A stretch of 64,000 nt of DNA from Camelus dromedarius (Eukaryota), in NCBI RefSeq assembly GCF_036321535.1, contig NC_087447.1:35528001-35592000 (forward strand), read 5' to 3'. Made by a program: the position numbers and the translations under genes. Shown here piece after piece: positions 14,330 through 26,019 of this stretch (within the stretch, counting starts at the first letter, position 1; every line of letters begins with the position of its first letter). The notes beneath the pieces were generated by a model. The model ran no database searches and was not told where the DNA came from. It saw only the letters and a list, made by a program, of their open reading frames with translations.

Positions 14330-14670
14330 CTGAAGCGCCGGTTCCCTTCCCTGTTAACCCCGGCCGGCCGCCGGCGGGAGGCTGCCCTTCTGGAGCTGCT
14401 CCCCGGTCTGCTTCTCCCCCTGGCGGCGCTGGCGGAGGACGGGCCCTGAGGCTAAGACCCTAGGCTGTGCAGCGGGAAGCCCTCCCTCTCCAGAGTCCGG
14501 TCGTACTGAATGGCGGCCCCCACCCCGCCGTCACGTGCCGCCACATGCGCCTCGTTGTCATAGCATCAGCATCGGCAGGCGCCCCAGCCCATTGGCGTGA
14601 GACGGAACCAATCAGTAGGCCCTTCAGGCTGCTGCGAGCTGGGACGGTCCCTGGGATGCCACCGGGCTGC
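14330..14670. promoter_or_regulatory. Small intragenic CpG island with promoter-type motif cluster
   Basis: Dense CpG/GC in an otherwise CpG-depleted window. CTCF-like 14414-14427 (- strand GCCGCCAGGGGGAG), GC box 14523-14529, GTCACGTG 14530-14537, X-box-like GTTGTCATAGCATC 14554-14567, ATTGG 14591-14595, CGGAA 14603-14607, CCAAT 14608-14612. Confidence 0.7.
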
Positions 14671-17600
14671 TAGGAGGAAGCTGAGGGTGATCCTTGGCTG
14701 GTGATGGGGACCAGCCTTGGGTAGTGGCCTCTGCCGGCTTCTTTTCCTTGGAATTTTAGTGTTTCTTCCCCCAAGTCTTCATCGCACCCCACCCTACTCT
14801 GTTTTCCCTGACTGGTTTCCCCGTCAGAGTGTGCAGAGTTGGGCAATTTGGTGGAATTCCCCATGAGGTTATAACTTCCACGGCGATGGCAGAGGACAAA
14901 TCTTTGTTGCCATTTTACAACCGTGTCCCCCAAGAAAAAGCCCTGGAACAGACCTTGATCAATCCAGAAGTGGGTATTCCTAGCCCCAGGAAGATGTTTG
15001 AGCCTTGTAATTCTGGGGCTCTCCAAGCATAAGATCCCTTGATATTGGCACAGGGTTGCCAGATGTAAGGAGCTGGGTGGCAGTTTATTTCCATCCTGTA
15101 TGGGTATAGGAAGGGTTTAGACAGCTAAGAAGACAGAAAGGTTGAACCTGGGTGGTCACAGACCGCTGCACCTCCACTAATTTTAAGACACTGGGCAAGT
15201 TACCTTACCTCTCTGAACTCCAAGAGGTTGCAGCAAAAGAATCTTAGGTTTGGTATAAGTTTAAATGAAATAATACAGGCAAAGCATTTTGCCAGGTACC
15301 TGGTCATAAGCACTCCATAAGGGCCAGTCAGCTGTTTTTAGAAGTGGTACAGCTGTACAGCTGCTGGGAGCTAAAGTGCTCACATTCAACATTTGACAAA
15401 TATTTTCACATTAATCTAATTTTTGCTTATTCATTTAGTTACTCGTTCATTTAACCCATTAATGCATTCATAATATTTTTGTTGAGCATCTGCTACCAGT
15501 CGATTCTTGCCCCAGCTCATCCCTGTCCAACTGCATTTAGGGGGATCCAGCCCCAAGGGGAACTGCAGCTCCCCTACACAAGAAGTGAGGAGTCTAGCTT
15601 TGCAGGAAGGGTGATCTTGTCCCTGTGGTGGTTGGGGTTCTGGAAATTATTTTCTGCAGCAGCTCTGCCTCCTCAGGCAGAGTTGCCTGAATAGAGCAGA
15701 CCCCTCTATTGTTTGAGGAGCACTAAGTCAGGACAACTTTCTACATCCACCTTTGTCTCCCACCCCTCACCCTTGAGGAGGTGTGCGCCCCATCTCCTGA
15801 AGGCCCCAACTAGCAAGCTGGAACCTATTTTCTCTATAGTGGGACTCAGCCTCCTAGGACTGAACTCTGTTGCTGGTCCACTGTGCTTTGTTGTGCTAGG
15901 GTTTTGGGAACAATCCTGTGCTTTTGATACCCCATCATCTCTATGCTCTGTTCTTATTTGAAGTGTATATTCTTCCCTCCCTGCCCTCACTGTGCATCTC
16001 AGTGCCTGTCTCCAGTTGGGCCGGAGTGGCCACGCCACTACTCACACTTGTGTTGGGACCATCTAACTTCTCTGGGTTCTTATCTTTGTCTGGGCCCCTT
16101 CATGCCCTTTACTTGGGCTGTGTAGCGGAGACATTGCTGGGCAGGCACCTGCTGGATGGATGTCTGTGAGACAGGGATACTTAACACCGGCATGGTTCAT
16201 AAACAGACATCTCACGTGTGGTAGAGGCCATGATGTGTAGTGCTGTGGGAGTCACCTGGGTGGAGCAGCTGGTTCTGCTTTGAGAAGTCAGGGAGGGTTT
16301 ACTGCTGATGTCTGAGCAGTCTTACAGGACTTTGCTAGGTGGACAGTGGGAGAAAGGGAAGTCAAGTCAAGGAGAGTAGCACACGTAAAAGCCTGAAATC
16401 ACATGATATTCTTAAAGAATGTGTAACGTAGTGTCAGTGGATGAAAGGAAATATGTTATCCGGGGTTGAGGGTTCATGAGTAGCAGAGGGCCTTGTGAAG
16501 GCCTTGTAAACCATACTAAGTATTTAGACTTTGCCCTACCACCACTGGGATCCTGTGAACGATTTTCTGTAGGGGCATGATGTGATTTATACGTAAGGAA
16601 GGTGAGACACATGGCTGTGAGGGGATGCGTTGTCTCGTTTGTCCTGTAGCAGTTCTGTATCAGAGTCAGAAAGCAGAGGACCTAGGACTCACCTAGCTTC
16701 CTGGCTCTGAATCTCTTTCTCCTGGGCACACTGCCATTGTTAACAGAGTCTTCTAGAAAGCTGGGCAGTGGGTGGATGCTGACAGAGGCAATATGAAGCA
16801 AATGGTCATTGATACAATCTTGTTGAAGGAGTGCAGCACTGGGATTTTGTGGCCAGGAGATTTCAGTCTCCTGGCCTCTGTGCCAGTGCAGACAGCAAGA
16901 AGCAGAGGGGAGCTTTGAGCTTCAAGCGCTATTCTGCCTTGACAAAATCCATTCATCACTGCCTCGCTCATTAATTCACAGCAGCATCTGCTGCCTGATG
17001 CTGGCATTTGTCAGTGGCTTGTTTCTGGAAGCCCCTGGTCCTCAAGGTTGGTCAGTTCTGCAGTCCGCAGCCACAGGGTAAGCCCTGGCAGTCAGAGACA
17101 GGCCCTTTCTGCCTGCAGTTTGTAAAATGAAATAATTTTATTTTTTAAAAAACAAAGTGTGACCTAGCAGTACAGAACATGAGCTTGGAGATCAGGCAGA
17201 CCTGGGGTTTAGTTCTGCGGCTGCCACTTAGCTAGCTAGGAAAGTTATGTCATATGCGTGAATCACACTAAAATGAGCAAAATCAAACCTTCCTGAAAAG
17301 ATGATCATGATCAGTAAGGTGAGATAGGGTTTATAAAGTGCCCTGGCGTGACACATGGCACATATGAGTCCTCAATATATGATGACTTTACCTCCTGCTC
17401 CTTTTGTTGCCACCACCACCACTGGCAGCACTACTGCTACCACCACGGTTACAGAAAGTTTGAAAAATATGGAAGAGAAGGAAAAAATCTTATGGTCTTA
17501 CCACCATGATGCAGCTGCCCTTAGAATTTAATTATATTTCCTTCAGATCTTTTTTCCCCACTAGTTCAGAGCACATCAGATTTTATAGCATATTTACTTT

Positions 17601-18919
17601 ATAGCCAGGCAGGGTTTTTTCCTCTGTGATGGGAATTGCATTATACTTATTTTTCTTATTTTTAGTAGATGATTTTTCTGATTGTAAAAATAGGGTATAA
17701 AATTTAAGGAGCATAGAAAAAGCCAAAGGGAAAGCCAAACTTGTAATGCCTACCTTACCCGTAGCCCAGAGTCTGTCAATAGTAACCTTTTGGTATAGCT
17801 CCTTCCAGTCTTTTATTCATGCTTTATTATAGAGTTGAGATCATATTACATATACAGTGTGCTTTTTTGGTTCATGGGATATCATGAGTATTCTCCTTTA
17901 TTGTAAGCATCATTTTCCAAAGCTGCATAGTAATTTCTAGGTCATTCGATAGCTCTGCCATAATTTACATAGAATTCTCCTATTGTTAGACATCTAAGTG
18001 TTTTTTTTCCCCAATTCTTCAATCTAAGCAGCTTCTTATGACAGATCCTAGGGAACCAGCCTCAGTATAACCAGGAAGCACATGATGAACTTGTGCTGTG
18101 TGTATGGCCCTGGGTGAAGCACAGGGGGTACCCCTCAGATAACTCAGTTACAGAGCCTGCTTCAGAGGACCTAACACTAGTCACCCTGGAAATACTTACT
18201 GGGGTAACATATATACAGGTGCTTCTTTGCCAGACACTATCAGGGAATCCACCTAAACATGGGTGACCCTTTTCCCTGTGGAAGCTGAGATCCTGGACGC
18301 ATAACTTTTACAAAGAAAATAGCCTCAGAAGCTTTGCTGCCCCTTTTCACCTACCAGTGTGTTATTTGGCCTCCTTTGCACAAATGCCTTTTGAGCCTGT
18401 TACCTTGACTGTCAGGGCCTGTGCTAACTACCTTTGAATGTCATTTCCAAGTGGTTTTCACCGGGAAAGAGTGAGAGGCTATAGCATCAAGAAAGGAACT
18501 TGTATGAGAATCAGAATCAGAGAGGCTCTAGTCTTAGTTTTGACACACAGTTGCTCTAGCACCTGAGGCAAGTTATTTCCTCTTCCCAAGCCTGTATTCT
18601 CCCCGTAATATAGAAAGATTGGACCAGATGATCCCCAGGGCTCTTCCAGTTGACATTCCATGAGTACCTGAAGCCTTCTTCTTGCCAGGAGCTAAAGTGA
18701 GTATCCTGATAAAGGTCACAGGATGCTTCTCATTCCTTTTAATTAATACCTGGGGAACCATTTATGCTTTTATATTCCCAGTCACTTCCTCCTGGTAGCC
18801 TTTGGGACATGCAGAGACTAAAAGGCAAGAAGTATCTCTCACTAGGTGCAAACACTGGATTCAGAACCCAAATCATTATCTTTTATGTGTGAGGTATTTG
18901 TTCTTTATGTACCTTGTTC

Positions 18920-19335
18920 TTTCATTCATACTTTCATTCAACAGGTATTAACTGAGCCCCAGGCCTTGTACAGTCCACTTGTATAATGTAGAGGGGAATG
19001 AGACTCAGCCCTGTTCTCAAGACACACAGTCTAGTGAGGAGGCAGGAACAAATGTAAACGACAACCAGATAATTGCTGCAGTGGGTACATGTAAGTCGCA
19101 TAATGGAAAGAATGCTTGGGTCTGCCTAGAAGCTACAGCAAGGGGCTCTCAGTGGATGCTCTGAACCTTTAAAGGATGAATAGAAGTTTTCTAGGTAGGC
19201 AGTTGAAGGGAGGGCATTCCAAGCAGAGAAACAGCATGTGCAAAGGCCCGGAGGTATGAGAACATGTGTTCAAAGGGCTGCAGATAGATTGTGTGGCTGG
19301 AAGTTGAAAGGAAGTGAGCAGATGAGGAGAAGTCA
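18920..19335 (-). mobile_element. L2 3' end remnant
   Basis: ttcattcaacaggtattaactgagc...agcagagaaacagcatgtgcaaaggcccggagg. Confidence 0.7.
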
Positions 19336-19808
19336 AGCATTTTTCCTGAGGCAAGTCTGTTTCTACTGAATTCTTTGCTCATTTTATTAGTCTAGAGGAG
19401 AGAGGTGGACTGTTTAGCTCAGTTTTTGAAAGCTGTCATCTGTATTGCCTCATATTTCCATTTTTATAGTAATACATGCTCATTATAGAAAGTTTGAAAA
19501 ATACAAAAAAAGTAGAAAGAAGAAAAGATTTTTAAAAATCACTCACAGTCTCCTGCCTAAAGACAAATACTTTAACATCTTATTGTATTTCTATTCAATG
19601 TTGTAGTTTTCACTTATTTTTATGTAGTTGTGACTGTGTTGTAATTATAGTCTTAACTTTTGTACATGGTGCCCCCCCTACTTACTTCCTTAAATTTCCC
19701 CTCAAAATGGGTGTTGTATCATTAAAAGTAACTCTGATTATAAAATATAATGGCTGAAAGAAATACATTTTCTTTGTCTAATATAACTTTCTTTCTTTCT
19801 TCTTACAG

Positions 19809-19845
19809 GTCTCTTGTGGCTCAGAGCATAATCTGGCAGTAATGG
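19809..19845 (+). CDS. SERGEF: Internal 37-nt coding exon (phase 0 to phase 1) of secretion-regulating guanine nucleotide exchange factor SERGEF/DelGEF, RCC1-repeat segment; probably the penultimate exon
   Basis: Branch-point-like CTAAT at 19778-19782, pyrimidine tract and acceptor ...ctttctttctttcttcttacag|, donor G|gtaagt. Translation GTC TCT TGT GGC TCA GAG CAT AAT CTG GCA GTA ATG G = VSCGSEHNLAVM(G), an RCC1 blade motif (V-x-C-G-x-x-H) matching recalled human SERGEF ...GATEVSCGSEHNLAIIGGVCYSWG. Too short for the ORF track. Confidence 0.92.
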
Positions 19846-22524
19846 GTAAGTAACTATTATACTGATAACTGTGTTTATTCTGAAACTTGTGGGCAGAATT
19901 GGAGAAGACTCTTGGTTAACCAAAGGCCAGGGTGCTTGCGTGGGTGAGTACGTGTGTGTGTGCACTGGGGGAGATTCTGGGAAATGGGAGTCTTTGGTTG
20001 ACCAAGGATTTGCTAAAAGCCCCTTTTCTAAAAATTTCTATTCACATCATCTAGCATCTTTTTAAGGTATCTGAGCTGGCCTCCCTGCCTTAGAAATGGC
20101 ATTTGGGGATATTAAAGATCTTAGAGGCTGGAGGCATCATGTGTAGAAAGCCAGACATAAAAGGGGAAGAGGATTGGGCTGCTCTTGGTTCTTGAATAAA
20201 TCCTTTGCACTTAGTTCTTCCCTCTTGCTCGGCTCTTTCCTTGGAAATGGGGGACTCAGCTCACTGCCCTCACTGCCTTGTGCTTCACAGCACTTGGGAA
20301 CTCCCAGTTGAAGCCAAGCCTCTGACTAATTGAGGCTTCCTCTTAGTTGACTCTGGATAACCCAGGTTCACTGTTTTTATCATCAGGCTGGTGTGTAACT
20401 CCTTCAAGAAGCCTTCTCATTACTACACTCAGTCTCCATCTCACAGATGTAAAAGAGACCACAGTGAAGAACTGACAGAGTTCACTGCAGGCTTCTGCTT
20501 ACTAGCTGTGTGAACTTAGACAAGATGCTTACCTCTCAATGCCTCATTTTTCTCGTTTTTAAACTAAGGAGGGCAATAGTGCCTCCCTCACAGGGTTGTT
20601 GGGGTTGTTGTGAGGATTAAAGGGTTTAATATATGTAAAGCACTTGGAATAAAACTTAGCTCCTTGTAAGGGTTTTAGAAGTGTTAGTTCCTATTATCTG
20701 ATGCCATTAGTTCCAATAATTGCCCTCCTTTGGGCTTTAGGTCCCCCACCTGTGAAATGGGTTACAACTGAAGACCAAGGTTCCCTTCAGCTCTGATACT
20801 TTAGGACTCTGTTACAACCAGATCACTGTCTGCCTTGGGTAGGTGATATCTGTTCTGTGTACTTCTCTCTCCCAGCCTCTGACTCTCAGCTTCTGAAACC
20901 CCTGTGTTTTCCTTTTGTTTGCTGCTTATTTGCAGCACCCAGCGCGCTGCCTGGCACTCAGCAGAGACTCAGGCAATGTTTTCTGAATTAAGCTAGGCTG
21001 GCTCAGCTGCCTGGGGTGGCAGCAGTTTGAAGCACTGCTTTGCAGGCCTGAAAGTGATGTGCAAGGAGGCAGAACCAAGGACAGCAGAGGAAGCAGGCTG
21101 CCAGCCAGCAGAGAGGGTGGGGAGCCCAAGGGACTGGAGTCAGAGAGGGAGCAAGAAAACGTAACAGCAAACCTGCACGCTCTGCAGTGGTACCAGATAG
21201 TGTATACCGGAACTGCTCCAGCCTGTGTGTAATTAAGACAGGCTAATCAAAGACTCAGGCGGTGCCTAGGATGTTGCTGCTGCTGCTGTCACCGGACTGG
21301 GAGAGAGGTTGGCTGCCTCTGGAACCAGCACAAAGATGAACATTGCAGGGAACCTAAATACGTGAAAGAACAAATCCAGTTGAAAGAGGGGGACAGACCC
21401 AGCAGTGGGGCAGGCTGGGCTGACAGGACTGTAGAAGGAGCATAGATTCTGCAGGCAGAGAGCCTGGGTTCAAACCGGAGCCGTTGCTGTGTGAGCTTCC
21501 TTTTTTCCCTCAGCTGTGTAAGGGGCATCATTCCACCTCGCAGGATTGTTGTTGTGGGGATTAGAGAAGGTATTGTCTGTGAAATATCTGGTACTATACA
21601 GGGGATATGTAAGAAATTAATTAATAATTCCATTTCTTTTTCATTTCTCTTGGTCCGTTGGGGAGAGGAGAGAATCGCTTGTTAGTGTAACTGTTCTGGT
21701 GAAGTAATTCTTGGTTGGGAGAGAGAAATGATAACATTCTGGAAAGGTGTGTCCAGCATTACCCAGGAGAGGAAAACAGCAGAGGCGGTGGGGGAGCAGG
21801 GCATGGTGAATTCCTCAAGGCCGGACCTGTTATTTTCCACTTTGTCCCCAGTGTATGCGACCTGGCTCACAATCTGTTGAATGAATGTTCCAGAGTCAGA
21901 AAAGGTGGGCCCAGGCAGGGGGTTCTGGACACGTCCACCTGATGGGAGCAGAGGCTCCTCGCCACTGGAGGGATGAGGCCCTCAGTGGGCACCCTGCAGG
22001 GTGCAAGCTGTGCAGCAGGAAGTGACCAGAAGCCTCCTGCTGCCCAGGGCGGGAGGCCCGCAAAAGGGGGACAAGCTGGAGGAGGAGAGTTCCCACTGCT
22101 GAAAGCCTGGTTCTCACAGCTGGCTCCTCCCCTCCGCCCTTCTGCCCTTGCCTACTTTAGGTGGATTTCCCTGCCCTCAGTCTCATCCCTGAGATCCCAG
22201 CCCTTCAGTGCCCCGTGCTGGGTCACACATGTGATAGGCACAGAATAGATACAGAATAGACTAGAACACAGAATAAAGAAGCCAAACTTCGCTCAAGGGT
22301 AGAAGCGGCCTTAATGTCTAATGAATGTGCAACAGGCAGATCAAACTGGAAAGGAAGGGAAAGAGAAGGGTGAAAGTACATAATTCAGAACCTACTCTGT
22401 CTTAGAATGGACACAACTCCACAAAATGTTATTTGTTGTACCCGCTTAATAGAGAAGAAAACTGTGAGCCTGACTTCCAAGACTGCTCTTTCGACTCTCT
22501 CTTTTCCTCGCATCCGAGGCAGTA

Positions 22525-22838
<314 letters not shown>

Positions 22839-25672
22839 ATATATTAAGATCTCAAGGAAGGAAGGTATTGTAGGATGACCATAGGAAGGCTGAGGCTCAG
22901 GGTGGAAATCTCAGAAGCTGGAGAGAGAAATGTCTCCCCAACCCAGGATATCAGGGTCTGGGGCAGGATCTCAGCATATCTGGAATGGATTTGAAAACTG
23001 GGGCCTGGGTACCCCAATCGAGGGATCTGAAAATCCCAACAGCCCTGGAAATAGTGCCAGCCCAGATTCATTCCAGATCAGGATTGTCCAGACAGCAACT
23101 CGGGACCAGCATGTTCCAGCCTGAGGGAAGCCCCACAGCAGGTATGTTTCCGGTTTCTTAGGGGACCACAATAATTCAACTTTACTACTTCTTTTGCTTC
23201 CGGATTTCTTTTTCCCCTCTTCTTTTGCAATTTGGTTTGGCTCTTTCCTTAGTTTTCAGTGAAGTTTCTCTTGACCTGTTCTGTGTTTGCCATCAGGGAG
23301 AGGGTGATGAGACAGTGCAAGTTCCTTTTAGAGAGAAGAATGGCTGGAGCTGGGCTTAGAGAAGCTCAAGTGACAGGAAGGAAGAGCTGAAGCCATCGGC
23401 CATGCCTGGCCTGGCCACTCTAACTGTGTGCCTTGTACAGTCTCCTCTTCACTAAGCCTGCCTTCTCATCACAGTACCCACCCCTAAATGTTGTTCTTCC
23501 AAATGGCACAGGTACGTCGGGTGCCAGAGCAGTGCCCTCCACAGAGTAGGTGCTCAGCGGGTGCTTGTCACTTGGCAGGTTCACTGATTCCCTTCCTCCC
23601 TCCCTCTATTCCTTCCTCCTTCCCTCCCTCCCTTACTTCCTTTTCACCAGGATTTCCCTCCCCATCTGACGAAGCTGGCTGGCTCCCATGCATGGACATA
23701 GGCTGAGGTCAGCAGAAGTGGCATGAAGGCATGTGGCTACCACTTGTTTGGAAGATCAGGCTCCCCAGGCCCAGCTCTGTCTTCGGGGTCCTCACCTCCG
23801 CGTCTGGCTGAATTGGCTCCAGCTGTTTTGCTTCCCCCCAGGAGCAGCTTATTTTGGCTTGAATGGGCAATTTGTTTGCCTTCGCTCCTGATGCGCCTTC
23901 CCTTCCTGCAGAGAAAAAAGAGCTGACTGCATTTCCTCTCTCCCGCTCCACGCAAACCCTTGGAAGGGATTTTATTGGTGGCCTTTTCCTGGAGCACTCG
24001 CGCTTGCCAGACAGGCATTGTTAAAGGGTTAGATATTTGGCAGCAAAGTGTAGTGCCTCCTCCTCGAAGCAAAAGCAGCTCTTTTACCAAATTGGAGCTA
24101 TAATCTATGCAAGGATCTTTTATTTTTTATTCTTTTCATTTCGCTGATGATTTCCAATTGTTGAACCTTTGTACCTTTGTAATATGTGTGGCAGAGCATC
24201 TAACCGTGCGTGGCCTGAGATCCCTCAGGTGAGGTATTGTAAGAATTTAAAAGAGAGAACTAACTCATTTTGACCCTGGTTGTTCCTCTGAGAGGTGATA
24301 CTTCCAAACCCTGGGCCTTGTAGGGAGTTTAGAGGCAAGGACAAACTTGTGCAGCCCTGTGCACAGTGTGATGGGCAGAGTGTAATGCCTTATCTATATG
24401 GTCCTGTTTAATCCTCATACCAAATTGATGAGTTGGCACTATTAACCCCATTTTCTAGATGAGGGGAGCCGCAGCGTAGGCTGAGCAGTTTGCCCCGCCC
24501 AGGTCACAGGGCCAGGAGGAATCTGTGTGTCAGGTCTTGAACCCGGACCTCTTAACTTCAGAGCCTGTGATCTACTAACTGCTGCTGCCTTCCTGCAGGC
24601 CAGTGACCTGTTTCTGAGGCCACCAGATAAGATTATCTTATCTGTTAATTTCAATATTTATTTCTCCTTCACGTTGGCAAGGTCTTCGGTATATCCAGAG
24701 TATATGTAATCTGGTTCAGATTAAGCAGTTCCCTACATAATAACTAGGTAAAATCGTGAAATTGATGACATTGTATTGGAAAACCACCCCTTTTAGGATT
24801 CTTCTTCCCCCTTCTATTGTCCCTTTTCTTTAAAAAAAGTTACTTATTTAATTTTTGAATAATAAATACATGTACATGATTCAAAACTTAAAAAGCATAA
24901 AAAGATTTAAAATGCAAAACCTTCCTCCTACCTTATCTCACGTCTATCCAGTGCTCAAAACCTTTCTACCATATGTACAGCTATTATTAGTTTCTTCTGT
25001 ATCCTTCTAGTTTCTTTTTGCATATATGAGTGAATACAAAGATATATTTTTATCCCCCCCTTTTACATAAATGGTAGTATACTGTGCCTGCTTTTTTGTG
25101 TCTGATTTTTTCTTTCAATGATTTATCTGGGAGATCTTTCTGTATCAGTATAAAAGCCTTCCTAGTTCATTATTACAGCTACATAATATTTCTGTGTACC
25201 TATGTACCGTGATTTATTTAACCAGTGTCCTGTTAATGGACATTTAGGTGATTTCCATTCTTTTGCTTATTACAATTAATAATGTAGTGAATTCTCTTGT
25301 GTATATATATATGTTATTTCATGTGTGGGTGAGTATAGTTGTAGGATAAATTCCTGGAAGTGAAATTATTGTATCAAAGAGTAAGTGTATTTGTTATTTT
25401 GCAAGGTACTGCAAAATTGGCCTCCATAGGAATTATACCACTTTTCACTTCCACCAGCAGTGTATAAGAGTGCCTGTTTCTGCAGCCTCCCTAATAGTGT
25501 GTTAGGAAACTTGGATTTTTGCCAATTTAATAGGTGAAAAATTACTCAGGGTGGTTTTGGTTTATTTTACTTTCTAAATTGAAGTGCAGTGTATACACAG
25601 TAAAGTGCGCAAATTGTGAGGGTTTTGTTTGATGAGTTTTTACATATATATGTAAATGTATATATACATATA

Positions 25673-25707
<35 letters not shown>

Positions 25708-26019
25708 TTAAGAAACCACCACCCAGCACAAGAGGCAGAACATTTCCAGCATCCCAGATGGCTACCTCATGCTCCTTCTCAGTCAATATCCCACCCCCAG
25801 AGGTAACCACTGTTCTGACTTCTTTTCCAGAAATGAGTTTTGCCTGTTATTGAACTTCATATAAATGGTGTCATACAATGTGAACACTTTTGTGTTTGGC
25901 TTCTTTTGTTCAGCACATTGTGTCCATAGAATCATCCATTCTTTGTGTAGCAATAGTCCTTTTTATTGGTCAGTAACATTCCACTTTGGACTATATTACA
26001 GCCTACTTATCCATTTAAT

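Noticed and set aside
14144..14673. ORFs of 101 aa and 68 aa across the CpG island
   Set aside because: Non-ATG starts and no recognisable domain; GC-rich DNA is naturally poor in stop codons.
17040..17083. Donor-like AGG|gtaagc as a cassette exon
   Set aside because: The nearest acceptor gives only a ~14-nt exon with no coding similarity; unsupported without transcript data.
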